Both the position numbers and the translations under genes were made by a program. A DNA stretch of 63,732 bases, filler included, from a bacterium (GTDB lineage Bacteria > JAMOTN01): the NCBI GenBank assembly GCA_027062325.1. It is 3 parts of 3 records of this genome, joined end to end, with 100 filler letters (N's around TTAATTAATTAA, not from the genome) between each part and the next. Parts side by side here need not be neighbours in the genome. Positions count along the whole stretch, not along the records: positions 27,103 to 39,417 come from JAMOTN010000056.1; 2 more parts are not named here. One strand, 5' to 3'. Position 1 is the first letter of the stretch, and the number at the start of each line of letters is the position of its first letter. Shown piece after piece: positions 27,103 to 38,418 of the stretch. Under the pieces are notes generated by a model that was not told the origin of the DNA, did no database searches, and saw only the letters and a list, made by a program, of their open reading frames with translations.

Positions 27103-29064
27103 ACGGCTACAAGTGAGAACGGAAGACCGTTGTACTACATAACCGAAGCTGGAAAACCTGTGGATATTCACTTGGAGGTATTTGATAAGTATGGTAATCA
27201 CGTTTTACCGGAGCGTTGTTCAGGTATGAAAGTAACTTTCGAGAAGACGAGCTTTACGCCACCATTGCGAGCCTTTAGTCAAAATTACAACGCGTTGGTG
27301 GTGAAGATAAACTCTGATGGAACTTATAACTTTACGAATCCTTATGTGATTACAGATAGTGCGCAGCTTGATCTTGGAAGCACTATTGAGATAGGTAGGT
27401 GGACTTACTTGGTATATTATGTGGATACTAAATCCACGTTTGATTACGTAGCTGCGACCTACAGTACGCGTTTAATAAAGGCTTACATTGAGGGTTCTAC
27501 AATTGAGGCAGAAGCGGATGTAATTGTGTATCCATCATCTCAGGTAAAAACTATGAGGTTTGTTCCAACGGAGAACGCTGTGTTAGACGCAAGTGGTGAA
27601 GTTGTACGTTATGAGGGAAGAGCTTATCATCCTATAAAGCTTGCAATTAAAGCAGTAGATGCTTTTGGAAATACCATAAACGTTCCAATGAGCATACTTT
27701 TGAAAGTACAGCTTTCAGACAAAGAAGAGTTGTTCCGTTCAGAGCATCCAGCACTTTATGCGGATACATTTAAGTTTACAAGAAATCCTGATCCGTTAGC
27801 CTCCGTTGTGTATGCTTTCTATTTGGATGCAAACGAGGTTGATGGTTCAACGTCATTCTACTACTGGGATAAGGTTGCAACGTACAATTATACGGATGAT
27901 AGAACTTATAAGCCTGCAGATCACAGACAGCAAATTGTAAAGCTAAGTTACCAAGTTGGTGGTGAATGGGAATTTGTAACAGTTGAGGTATTTGTAAAAC
28001 CTAGTGGGGATTGGACCGAGTACAAGGCAAAGGTTATGGATGATCCATGGAATGGATCTTACAGATTAGAGTATGATACGGAAGAATCTGTTGTTGTTAA
28101 ACTATTTGACCAGTATGGAAACTTTGCTTGGGATGTATCAAGCATTGAAGCTTATATTGAGAATGCCTATCTTGAGATAGTTGAGGGATCTGCCACGACT
28201 TCTGTTTGGTATGAAATTAATCCAACTGGGGAGATTACGGGTCCAGATGACGTTAGGGTGTTTGCTACAGGAGAGGCTTGGGAGAATGTTGTGGTTTACG
28301 ATAGAGGAGTTGTAATGGTTAGGGTTGTATATGATTTGAATCTATTTGAGGCTAATTTGGTGGCAAGTGCAGAGTTTGTGGTTGGTTATGTGCCACCTGA
28401 TCTTACTAAAGCGGGAGATGGCATATATGATACCTATGTTTGGCAAGAACTACCAGTTACTGCTGTAAAGGAGGCTATAGAAGGTACTGGCGAAGGCTAT
28501 GTATTGAGCGCGTGGGTTAAGGTTGGAAATGATGCTGAGTATTACTCGGCTGATGAGTATACTCATGCTACAATTTGTGTTGCGTTTGAGCAGTTTGAAG
28601 TTTTGGGAGAACCTGCCGGACCTTCACGTTTGGTTGTGTCTATGGGAGAAGATGGAACGGTGAAGGGTTATGCTGTGGAGTATTTATCGGATGGTTCGAC
28701 TAAGGAGCTTGATTTGAAGGAATACTACTTGAAGAATAAGTGGATAGAGGAGAATGAGGGCGAAGTTTATGGATTTGTCAAATACAGAGTTATACCAATA
28801 GATGACTTTGAGAGGGCTCGTAGATGGCGCCAAGTTTGGCTATGGATTCCTCCAAAGTACATACAGCCTAATAAGCGCTACATAGTAATGATATACGTGA
28901 AGAAAGGTAGTTATTTCTATGACTACTATATAGATGCTGTGCAGTTCCAGAGGGGCCGTTGGGCACTTCCATGGACACCTAAGTATACAATACAGTTTGT
29001 TCCAAAGAATGCCAAAGAATTCGGTCCATCTCTTACCCCAGATTGGAGATATGAAGAACGTTAG
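27103..29064 (+). CDS. Large surface protein fragment (5' truncated): Ig/invasin-like repeats and a C-terminal CBM-like domain
   Basis: Frame open from 27103. Three DxxGN motifs (FDKYGN, VDAFGN, FDQYGN), plus YVLSAWVK...YIDAVQFQRG..PWTP. Confidence 0.65.
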   Translation, partial: TATSENGRPLYYITEAGKPVDIHLEVFDKYGNHVLPERCSGMKVTFEKTSFTPPLRAFSQNYNALVVKINSDGTYNFTNPYVITDSAQLDLGSTIEIGRWTYLVYYVDTKSTFDYVAATYSTRLIKAYIEGSTIEAEADVIVYPSSQVKTMRFVPTENAVLDASGEVVRYEGRAYHPIKLAIKAVDAFGNTINVPMSILLKVQLSDKEELFRSEHPALYADTFKFTRNPDPLASVVYAFYLDANEVDGSTSFYYWDKVATYNYTDDRTYKPADHRQQIVKLSYQVGGEWEFVTVEVFVKPSGDWTEYKAKVMDDPWNGSYRLEYDTEESVVVKLFDQYGNFAWDVSSIEAYIENAYLEIVEGSATTSVWYEINPTGEITGPDDVRVFATGEAWENVVVYDRGVVMVRVVYDLNLFEANLVASAEFVVGYVPPDLTKAGDGIYDTYVWQELPVTAVKEAIEGTGEGYVLSAWVKVGNDAEYYSADEYTHATICVAFEQFEVLGEPAGPSRLVVSMGEDGTVKGYAVEYLSDGSTKELDLKEYYLKNKWIEENEGEVYGFVKYRVIPIDDFERARRWRQVWLWIPPKYIQPNKRYIVMIYVKKGSYFYDYYIDAVQFQRGRWALPWTPKYTIQFVPKNAKEFGPSLTPDWRYEER

Positions 29065-29088
29065 TTACAGTAGTTGGAGGTCTTAGAG

Positions 29089-29781
29089 ATGATAAGGTGG
29101 CAGCGTTTTGGGAGACTATTGAAAAAGCGTAGTAAAATTGAAGTAAATACCTGTTGTTGTAAATACTGCGCTTTGTTTTACTCCAATCGTGGAGTAGCTA
29201 TGCTTATAGTGATGTTGATAATAGTTTTGTTTGCAATCGCTGCAATGGTTGAGTTACCTATGCCTTCTACCCAGTACAAGCGTCTTAAAGAAAGGGAGTT
29301 GACTTTTAAATTGAGAGAATTCAGACGAGCTTTTGATAAGTACACTCGAGCTATTAATACTGGAAAGATGAATATTCCTGAGGAAGTTAAAGAAAAGATA
29401 GATGAGGATCAGCCGATGGAAGAGATTATGCATACGTTAAAAGAATATGGTTTTCTAAGACGAGAGTATACTCCGGAGAGTTTTGGAGTAGAGGGAGAAT
29501 GGCGTTTGGTTGTGAATCGCATTGGTAAGCCTGACTTTGAGCAGCAGGATATCATAGTGCCGGTAAGAAGTGCTGTAGCTTCCGGAGAGACGGGAATTGG
29601 TAAGTGGTACATACTTGCTACAACTGAGAATGTTGAAATAAGATTGATAGAGACAGATGATGTTCCACCTTATTTGGACTATTATAAGCAAAAGGATGTG
29701 TACGGTTTATCAGACGTGTATGGTTATACTTCAAAGTATGGAAAAAAGATATTGAACATCCACATAAAGGGTTTTTATTGA
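29089..29781 (+). CDS. Pseudopilin-like protein (type II secretion / type IV filament)
   Basis: NRG-VAMLIVMLIIVLFAIAA followed by KERELTFKLREFRRAFDKY. Confidence 0.7.
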   Translation: MIRWQRFGRLLKKRSKIEVNTCCCKYCALFYSNRGVAMLIVMLIIVLFAIAAMVELPMPSTQYKRLKERELTFKLREFRRAFDKYTRAINTGKMNIPEEVKEKIDEDQPMEEIMHTLKEYGFLRREYTPESFGVEGEWRLVVNRIGKPDFEQQDIIVPVRSAVASGETGIGKWYILATTENVEIRLIETDDVPPYLDYYKQKDVYGLSDVYGYTSKYGKKILNIHIKGFY

Positions 29782-29836
29782 TAGTTTGTTAGAGTGATAT
29801 AGGAGCAGAACGAGGAGGAGAGGAGATGGGGCAAAA

Positions 29837-30916
29837 GTGTTAAAGGTTAATGTGGGGGGAGTTTTGATAGGAGATGGAGTGCCTAAAATACAAAATATGT
29901 GTAAGGTACCAATTACGAATCCTGAATTTGAAAAAAGACTTGAGAAATTTGCTGAAAATGGAGTTGATATAACAAGGGAGGCTGTAGAGACAGAAGATGA
30001 TGTTGATAAGTTAAAAAAGTTGAGGGCTAAATGGAAAGGGAAGTTCCCGGTTCCTTTTGTAGCAGATATACAAGCGAACGAGAAAATAGCGATGATGAGT
30101 TTGGAAGTTGCTGATAAGGTTAGAATAAATCCGGGTAACTTTTCAAGGCGCTTTCTTGCAGAATTTGCGAAGGAAGCAGCAAGATTGGGGAAACCAATTA
30201 GAGTTGGTGTTAATACGGGTTCACTTCCTGCTAAATACCGCGGAATGCCTCCGGAGTTGGCAATGGTTAAGGCTGCGGGAGAGTATTGGGAGCGTATTAA
30301 AGATTGCGCTGATGTGTCAGTAGTTGTCTCTCTTAAGTCTTCTAACTTGCGAGTGACAGTTGAGGCAAATAGAATTTTTAGAGTGAATTTTCCGGAGATT
30401 CCTTTACATGTTGGTGTAACCGAGGCTGGAACCGTGCGCCAATCCCTTGTAAATTCTAGTTTGGGAATAGGTAGTTTATTGGCACAAGGGATTGGTGAGA
30501 CTATAAGGGTGTCGATTGCTACTGCTGATCCTTTAGAAGAAATAGTTGCAGGGCGTTACATAGTGAATGCAGCTTATGAACTTTCGGGTAAAAGAGTTGT
30601 TTTCCCAAAAGTTATAGCTTGTCCTGCGTGTTCTAGGGCTAATTATAACGTTGAGAGAGTTGCAATTGCAGTTGAAAAAATGCTTTTGAAGTACAATCAG
30701 CCTGTTGAGGTTGCGGTTATGGGGTGTTTTGTTAATGGTTTATTAGAGGCAAAGGATGCGGATTTTGGTTTTAGCGGAGGGCGTGGGGAGATTATAGTCT
30801 TTCAAAAGGGGGAAGTAGTAGAGAGATTCCCTGTTGCAGACGAGATAGAAGAAAAAGTTGTTGAAATAGCTAAAGAGTTTATAACTTCTTATTTTTCTAA
30901 AAACAATGTTTCTTAG
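29837..30916 (+). CDS. ispG: HMBPP synthase
   Basis: VADI, RINPGN, IRVGVNTGSL, LHVGVTEAG, IACPACSR and AVMGCFVNG. Confidence 0.95.
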   Translation: MLKVNVGGVLIGDGVPKIQNMCKVPITNPEFEKRLEKFAENGVDITREAVETEDDVDKLKKLRAKWKGKFPVPFVADIQANEKIAMMSLEVADKVRINPGNFSRRFLAEFAKEAARLGKPIRVGVNTGSLPAKYRGMPPELAMVKAAGEYWERIKDCADVSVVVSLKSSNLRVTVEANRIFRVNFPEIPLHVGVTEAGTVRQSLVNSSLGIGSLLAQGIGETIRVSIATADPLEEIVAGRYIVNAAYELSGKRVVFPKVIACPACSRANYNVERVAIAVEKMLLKYNQPVEVAVMGCFVNGLLEAKDADFGFSGGRGEIIVFQKGEVVERFPVADEIEEKVVEIAKEFITSYFSKNNVS

Positions 30917-30970
30917 AGGCACTCTAATGTTTTGTAATCTGATTAGAATCTGGTGAAAGGAGGTAATTTT

Positions 30971-31690
30971 ATGGGGAAAAAAGTTGTGGCAGTTGATGGA
31001 CCAGCTGCCAGTGGGAAAAGTGCTGTTTGTAGAATGGCAGCTGAAAGATTAGGATGGGCACATTTTTCAAGTGGTTTGTTTTACAGATTGGTTGCTTGGT
31101 TAGTTCTGAGGGAGATGGAGAAAGAGGGAGAATCGTGGGAGAAAGTTGTAAGTGCTTTGAAGGAGGGCGAGGCAGAGCGGGTGGAGATAACTGTAGATCT
31201 CAATAAGATTCTTGAAATGATGGAAGAAGTGCAGCTTCACAAAGAAGGGGTTGAGCTTCTACCCAAATGGCGTGGAGAGGTCATAGGAGAGCTTGAATTG
31301 CATCGAGTAGAAGTTTCAAAGTTAACCCCGGTTTTTGCAAAGATACCTTGGTTGCGTCAGGAGATTACGGAGTTGATTAGGAGAAAAGTTCCTGATAGAT
31401 GCTTCATAGATGGCAGGGATGTTGGAACAAATATTTTTCCAGATGCGTGTCTTAAGTTGTTTTTGACAGCTAGTGCAGAGGAGAGGGCAAGAAGAAGGGC
31501 CAAGCAGATAGGAGAGGATTATAAGAAAATTTTAGAAGAGATAAAAAGGCGTGATGAACTTGATCAGAAAAGGGCAGTTGATCCTCTAAAGCCTGCTGAA
31601 GATGCCCAAGTTATAGATACTACTAATATGGGAATTGATGAGGTAGTTCAAGAGGTTGTGGAGTTGGTAGAAAAAAAGTGTATTCGATGA
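30971..31690 (+). CDS. cmk: Cytidylate kinase
   Basis: AVDGPAASGKS, DGRDVGT, FLTASAEERARRR and RRDELD. Confidence 0.95.
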   Translation: MGKKVVAVDGPAASGKSAVCRMAAERLGWAHFSSGLFYRLVAWLVLREMEKEGESWEKVVSALKEGEAERVEITVDLNKILEMMEEVQLHKEGVELLPKWRGEVIGELELHRVEVSKLTPVFAKIPWLRQEITELIRRKVPDRCFIDGRDVGTNIFPDACLKLFLTASAEERARRRAKQIGEDYKKILEEIKRRDELDQKRAVDPLKPAEDAQVIDTTNMGIDEVVQEVVELVEKKCIR

Positions 31691-31714
31691 TGGATCAGTG
31701 GTTGGGGGCGTGGA

Positions 31715-32767
31715 GTGATGTTGGTTGTTTTAGGGACTCCTATTGGGAGTTCTATGGATTTGACTCCAGAATTCGTAGTATGGTTGGGAATTTGTAATTA
31801 CTTAGCAGTTGAAAATCCTAAAAAGTTAGCTGAATTGAAGTCAATAGTGGAAAAGAGATTGAGCGATAAAAAGTTTGCAGCTATGTGTGAAGAGTTCCTA
31901 GGCAATTTTTTAAATAATAAAGCAACTGCCAGAAAACATCGTGATGTGTTTGTTAATAGAGTTTTTGAGTTACAGAGAGTATTCGATAATTTCTCAACAG
32001 GGGAAGTGACCCCTGTTTTGGAAAAAGTGTTTACTTTCAATAAAATCTTTACTTTTAACGATTTTACTGAAAAGAAAATTTACAAGTATTTGGCAAAGAT
32101 TGCCTCCAATAATATTCTCGGTTTGATTAGCTCTGCGGGAATGCCAATTATATCTGATCCAGGGTGGCTGTTGTTACAAGAGGTTGTAAAAAGTGGAGTG
32201 AGTGTTGAAGTCGTTTACTCTAAAGTTGCTTTTGAAGAGGCACTAATAAAGTTGATAGAATTTTTAGAGAGTAGGGTTCAAGGGTTAATGCTAACGCCTT
32301 TGCCAGAAGCTGTCTTAGTTTTTGCAGGCTTTCCTCCTAAAAAGGCTGTAAAGGGATTGAAAAATTACTTCAAGGGTTGGTTTGAATTTATAGCTGAAAT
32401 GGCTATTGAAGTTGAGAAAAATGTTTATCTTGTTTTTTATATATCGCGTTATTCATTGAAAAAGGTTGTTGAAGCACTTCTTGAACTGGAGAGGGAAGAT
32501 GGATTTGTATTCGGTTATGAGAAAATGGGTGATATAAATGAAGAGCCTTCTACTGGAAAATTGTTGCTTTTCTTTGTAAAAGAGCTAACCAAAATTCATG
32601 AGAAGATTTTAGACTGGGAGTTGGTAAAAAGGTTACTTTATTCTAAGCTTGAAAGTTTTCAAGAAGTTGAGAGTAATGCTAGGAATAAACAGATAACGAT
32701 CAGACAATTTTCATGGGAGGATTTTGAAAGGGGAGAGCATGTTCTCATAGCCGTTGCCCTCCCCTAA
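31715..32767 (+). CDS. rsmI: Divergent RsmI-like SAM-dependent methyltransferase with insertions
   Basis: GTPIG, SSAGMPIISDPG, FAGFPP, KELTKIHE and RGEHV motifs in the RsmI order. Confidence 0.7.
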   Translation: MMLVVLGTPIGSSMDLTPEFVVWLGICNYLAVENPKKLAELKSIVEKRLSDKKFAAMCEEFLGNFLNNKATARKHRDVFVNRVFELQRVFDNFSTGEVTPVLEKVFTFNKIFTFNDFTEKKIYKYLAKIASNNILGLISSAGMPIISDPGWLLLQEVVKSGVSVEVVYSKVAFEEALIKLIEFLESRVQGLMLTPLPEAVLVFAGFPPKKAVKGLKNYFKGWFEFIAEMAIEVEKNVYLVFYISRYSLKKVVEALLELEREDGFVFGYEKMGDINEEPSTGKLLLFFVKELTKIHEKILDWELVKRLLYSKLESFQEVESNARNKQITIRQFSWEDFERGEHVLIAVALP

Positions 32768-32800
32768 TTATCTTTTTTAAACTACTTTATAAATTACTAC

Positions 32801-33058
32801 TTATTTGATTACAAAGAGTTGAATTAGTTTGAATCCAATGAATATACCCATTAAGAACATTATTCCTCCAATAGTTGGCGGGGCAGGGAGAGGTAGGCGT
32901 AAATAAGTTAGAAGCGAACCAATAGCTATTCCCAAAATAAACGACAGAACTGTTTCCTTTATCACTTTTCCGGAGGTCATGTCCACTTTCATCGCCCACA
33001 TTGAGCAAATCAGAAGAATTCCAATAATTATCCACTTAAAATTCATCAGTTTCTCCAT
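32801..33058 (-). CDS. XapX (DUF1427) family membrane protein
   Basis: LRLPLPAPPTIGG motif. Confidence 0.8.
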   Translation of the reverse strand: MEKLMNFKWIIIGILLICSMWAMKVDMTSGKVIKETVLSFILGIAIGSLLTYLRLPLPAPPTIGGIMFLMGIFIGFKLIQLFVIK

Positions 33059-33098
33059 TGTTTCCCCCCCTTTTTTTAGCATTAATTCTCTTCTTATA

Positions 33099-35768
33099 TT
33101 AGTTCACCTCAACTTCTAATGCACCATCTCTATACTTGATAATCACGAAATCTACTTCCTTTTCGTCACCATTGATTGCTGTTTCCTCTCCGTCTGTTGA
33201 GCCTTTACTCATTGTCTTTTCTTTGTTTACCTTTATATTATCCAATATCTTCTTTATTTCTTCCTCTAACCACCCTTTGACTTTTTCAATCTCAGAGAAT
33301 TCGTATTCCATTTTCTTGGTTAGTTCTAAATAAGACTCCTTATCAAATTGCCACGCGATGTTTGCCTCCACAGAGAGTTTCACTACCTCGAATTTCAAAC
33401 TACTGTTTTCGCGATTAACTTTTACAATGCTGTCATTTATGAGCTTGCCTTCTACAACCATGTCTGCAATTTTATTTTCCACCAGACGTTGAATGGTTCG
33501 TTTAAGTGGTCTTGCCCCCAGACGTGGATCAGTACCAAGTTCAACAAGCAATTCTTTGGCTGCTTCCGATAGTACAAGGAATATGTTGCGTTCTATCAAG
33601 CGTTCACGTACACGATTGAGCATTATATCTATTATATTGAATAGTTCTTCGCGTCCAAGTGGTTTGAAAACTATTATTTCATCAATTCTATTTACAAATT
33701 CTGGTCTAAAATGTGAATGGACACGATTAATTATTGAGTTTTTAATACTTTCCCAATCATCTGTTGAGTTTGAAAGGTAGCCAAGTTTTGCGTCTTTTAG
33801 AGCTTCCGTTCCAACGTTTGAAGTCATGATTATGTATGTATTTTTGAAGTTCACAGTTCTACCTTGGGCGTCTGTTATACGGCCGTCGTCAAGAATTTGT
33901 AATAATATATTTAACACGTCAGGATGCGCTTTTTCGATCTCGTCAAACAATACTACACTGTAAGGGCGTCTTCTGACCGCTTCTGTAAGCTGACCTGCTT
34001 CTTCATAGCCTACGTATCCCGGAGGTGCTCCTATTAAGCGAGATACACTATGCTTTTCCATGTACTCCGACATGTCTATTCTTATAAGTGCATCCTCTGT
34101 TCCAAATAGAGCCTCTGCAAGGGCTTTAGCAAGCTCGGTTTTTCCAACACCAGTTGGTCCAACAAATAGAAATGAACCATTGGGACGTCTTGGATCTGTA
34201 AGACCTGCGCGTGCTCTTTTTACAGCAGCAGCTACTGCTTTTATAGCTTCATCCTGACCTATGACACGCTTTTTGAGAATATTTTCTAGGTTAGCAATTA
34301 CGTCAGCTTCATCCTGCGACAATTTGGCAACGGGAATACCAGTCCAGCTTTCTATCACTCTCTCCACATCTTCCCGCATCACGGTGCGAGCTTTTTGAAG
34401 CTCAACCTTTTTGTTATCAAGGTCCTTTTGCATTTCAGAAAGTTTCTGTTCAAGCTCTTTTACCTTCCAGTGAATCTGATGAGCAAGTTCAAAGTTTTCA
34501 GCGTTGATTGCAGCTTCCTCTTCTTGGCGAAGTCTCTCGAGTTGCTTTTCTAAGTTCTTCACACGTTCGAAATCTTCTGTATTTCTAAGCTTTACTGTTG
34601 TTGCAGCTTCATCTATTACGTCAATTGCTTTATCAGGCAAGAAACGTTCTGTTATATATTGAGCAGACAATTTACAAGCTGCTCTGATTGCCTCATCAGA
34701 AATCCTTACCTTATGAAACATTTCGTACCTATCCTTTAAACCTTTTAAAATTTGCACTGCCTGCTCTACACTTGGTTCTTCAACAAATACCGGTTGAAAC
34801 CTTCTCTCAAGGGCTGGGTCTTTTTCAATGTACTTTCTGTATTCATCTAGGGTAGTTGCCCCAATGACTTGAATCTCACCACGTGCCAAGGCGGGCTTTA
34901 AAATGTTTGCAGCGTCCGTTCCGCCTTCTGCATCACCTGCTCCAACAACAGTGTGAATCTCATCAATAAACAGAATCACCGAGTCATCTTTTTTAGCTTC
35001 CTCTAAAATTGCCTTCATCCTTTCTTCAAATTCTCCTCTATACTTTGCTCCAGCTAGCAAATTAGCGATTGACAATTGAACGATTCTCTTACCGAGAAGA
35101 GCCTCTGGTACTTCCCCGTCTACAATTTTTTGTGCCAATCCCTCCACTATAGCAGTTTTTCCAACACCAGCTTCTCCTATCAAACATGGGTTGTTTTTAG
35201 TCCTACGACATAGTATGTGAATGACTCGTTCAATTTCCTTTTCACGGCCAATTACTGGATCAAGTCTTCCTTTCTTTGCAAGTTCTGTAAGATCTGTCCC
35301 AAAACTATCCAAGGTTGGGGTTTTAGTTGTACGCTCTTTCTCACTTTTTAGTTTGCTTTCAAGTTTATTGATTATCTGCTGGGGATTTATACCCAGCCTT
35401 CTTATTATTTTCAGGGCAGCACAGCCTTCTGTTTTCAATATTGCGTATAGGATGTACTCTGGGGAAATGAAGTTTTGATTGTTCGCTTGAGCAATTTCTA
35501 GTGCTTTTTGAAGGGCGCTTTTTAAAGTTGGTGATAGATCTCCACCTCCAGAGTAGTAAGTGGTACGTGCTATCTTTTCGGCTTCTTCTTTGACGTCAGC
35601 ATAGGTTAGACCTGCTTCTTTCAAGGCATTAGTGGCAAGTCCTGTATTGAGACGCAAAAGTGCCATTAAGATGTGTTCAGTGTCGGTCATTGATGAACCG
35701 ATTTCTGCTGCCTCTGTAGCTGCAAGTTGGAGAACACGCTTTGCTTCGTCGGTTAAAAATTGGAACAT
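33099..35768 (-). CDS. clpC: ATP-dependent Clp protease ATP-binding subunit (ClpC-type)
   Basis: Clp N repeats, GEAGVGKT and GPTGVGKT Walker A motifs, UVR-like coiled coil and LGY loop. ATG at 35768 follows GGAGGTG. Confidence 0.93.
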   Translation of the reverse strand: MFQFLTDEAKRVLQLAATEAAEIGSSMTDTEHILMALLRLNTGLATNALKEAGLTYADVKEEAEKIARTTYYSGGGDLSPTLKSALQKALEIAQANNQNFISPEYILYAILKTEGCAALKIIRRLGINPQQIINKLESKLKSEKERTTKTPTLDSFGTDLTELAKKGRLDPVIGREKEIERVIHILCRRTKNNPCLIGEAGVGKTAIVEGLAQKIVDGEVPEALLGKRIVQLSIANLLAGAKYRGEFEERMKAILEEAKKDDSVILFIDEIHTVVGAGDAEGGTDAANILKPALARGEIQVIGATTLDEYRKYIEKDPALERRFQPVFVEEPSVEQAVQILKGLKDRYEMFHKVRISDEAIRAACKLSAQYITERFLPDKAIDVIDEAATTVKLRNTEDFERVKNLEKQLERLRQEEEAAINAENFELAHQIHWKVKELEQKLSEMQKDLDNKKVELQKARTVMREDVERVIESWTGIPVAKLSQDEADVIANLENILKKRVIGQDEAIKAVAAAVKRARAGLTDPRRPNGSFLFVGPTGVGKTELAKALAEALFGTEDALIRIDMSEYMEKHSVSRLIGAPPGYVGYEEAGQLTEAVRRRPYSVVLFDEIEKAHPDVLNILLQILDDGRITDAQGRTVNFKNTYIIMTSNVGTEALKDAKLGYLSNSTDDWESIKNSIINRVHSHFRPEFVNRIDEIIVFKPLGREELFNIIDIMLNRVRERLIERNIFLVLSEAAKELLVELGTDPRLGARPLKRTIQRLVENKIADMVVEGKLINDSIVKVNRENSSLKFEVVKLSVEANIAWQFDKESYLELTKKMEYEFSEIEKVKGWLEEEIKKILDNIKVNKEKTMSKGSTDGEETAINGDEKEVDFVIIKYRDGALEVEVN

Positions 35769-35814
35769 ATACCACACCTCCGCTAGTGTTGAATTTCTTT
35801 TTATTAACTTAAGT

Positions 35815-35831
35815 TGCAAAAACTGTACCAA
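35815..35831 (-). promoter_or_regulatory. Sigma54 (-24/-12) promoter for clpC
   Basis: Minus strand TTGGTACAGTTTTTGCA = GG-N10-GC, about 47 nt upstream of the start codon. Confidence 0.65.
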
Positions 35832-36065
35832 GTGTTATAAATAGTAGATTTTGCCAATATTGAGGAATTTTTCCACAATAAAGTATGGGTATTGTAGTGA
35901 CTTCTCTCATTTCACGTTTCATTGCTTGTTCCAACAGCTTCAACAGTACTTGACTAATAAAGATAATCGGCGATTTTCTATCTCAAACTTATTCCAAAAA
36001 ATTTGGTATTTTATTTATTGTGAAGTTTATGCAATTGATTTTAGTTTAGCTTCCTCTTTTAGGGG

Positions 36066-37211
36066 GTGGTTGTTTTGTACAAGAAGTTTATCAAAAAAGT
36101 TGATAAGTATGAGGCTGGTAAACCCATTGAAGATGTTGCTAGAGAATATGGATTGGAACCTGACTCTATTTTGAAGCTTGCTTCCAATGAAAATCCACTG
36201 GGAACTTCCCCAAAGGTAGTTGAAGCTTTGAAAAATGCAGTGGAAGAGGTATTTCTTTATCCAGATGCGGCTTGTTATGAATTGAAACATAAAATTTCTG
36301 AAAAATACGGGATTCCAGTGGAAGAGCTAGTTATTGGAAATGGGTCTGATCATATAATAAGGATGATTGCCATTGCAACGTTGGGACCGGGAGATACAGC
36401 TGTTACAAGTCAGGCAACTTTTGTGCGTTATAAACACGCTACCCTTTTGACTGGAGCTGAGATTTTAGAGGTCCCTCATAAAAATTGGCACTATGATTTG
36501 GAGGCTGTGGCAAATGCAATAGATGAAACAACGCGCCTTATTTGGTTAGCTTGTCCGAATAATCCAACAGGAACGATATTTAGTTCCAATGAGTTTGAAA
36601 AATTCATGTCGAAAGTTCCGTCGCATGTTTGGGTGGTTTTAGATCAGGCTTATTATGAGTTTGCAATTAATGATCCAGAGGCAGATTTTCCAGATGGTAT
36701 GGCTTACTACAAGTCGCGAGGCTATCCTAATTTGATTGTTATGAGGACAATGGCAAAAGCTTATGGAATTGCTGGTCTGCGCGTTGGTTGGATGGCAGCA
36801 CCTGCTTGGTTTGTGGATATCGTCGAGAGAATTAGAGGACCGTTTGATGTATCACGTCTTGCTCAGGTTGCGGCGGTTGCAGCCCTTGAAGATGATGAAT
36901 TTGTAGAAAAAACTGTAGAACTTGTTCTTAATGAGAAAAAGTGGCTTTACAGGAAGCTTGATGAGCTTGGAATACATTACATAAAGAGCTATACCAACTT
37001 CATATTTATGCGTACAGGTTTTGATGGAAGAAAATTATTTGAGGCTATGCAGCGCCGTGGTGTGATAGTCAGACCGATTTTTGCTGACTGGGTAAGAGTT
37101 ACTGTTGGAAGGAGAGAGGATAATGAAAGGTTTGTAAAGGTTTTTGAAGAAGTCAGAAAAGAACTTGAAAAAGAGAATAAAACTCTCCATTCAGAAGGGG
37201 CATGGGTTTAA
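36066..37211 (+). CDS. hisC: Histidinol-phosphate aminotransferase
   Basis: KLASNENP, GNGSD, PNNPTG, DQAY and RTMAKAYGIAGLRVG. Confidence 0.92.
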   Translation: MVVLYKKFIKKVDKYEAGKPIEDVAREYGLEPDSILKLASNENPLGTSPKVVEALKNAVEEVFLYPDAACYELKHKISEKYGIPVEELVIGNGSDHIIRMIAIATLGPGDTAVTSQATFVRYKHATLLTGAEILEVPHKNWHYDLEAVANAIDETTRLIWLACPNNPTGTIFSSNEFEKFMSKVPSHVWVVLDQAYYEFAINDPEADFPDGMAYYKSRGYPNLIVMRTMAKAYGIAGLRVGWMAAPAWFVDIVERIRGPFDVSRLAQVAAVAALEDDEFVEKTVELVLNEKKWLYRKLDELGIHYIKSYTNFIFMRTGFDGRKLFEAMQRRGVIVRPIFADWVRVTVGRREDNERFVKVFEEVRKELEKENKTLHSEGAWV

Positions 37212-37246
37212 TAAGTAAAAGTTGCTGAGAATCTAAATGTAGATAA

Positions 37247-38350
<1,104 letters not shown>

Positions 38351-38418
38351 GCATTTTGTATTTGGTGTAGCTTAAGATACGGAGATTATTGTAGCTATAG
38401 CATAAGAGGTGATGTGAG

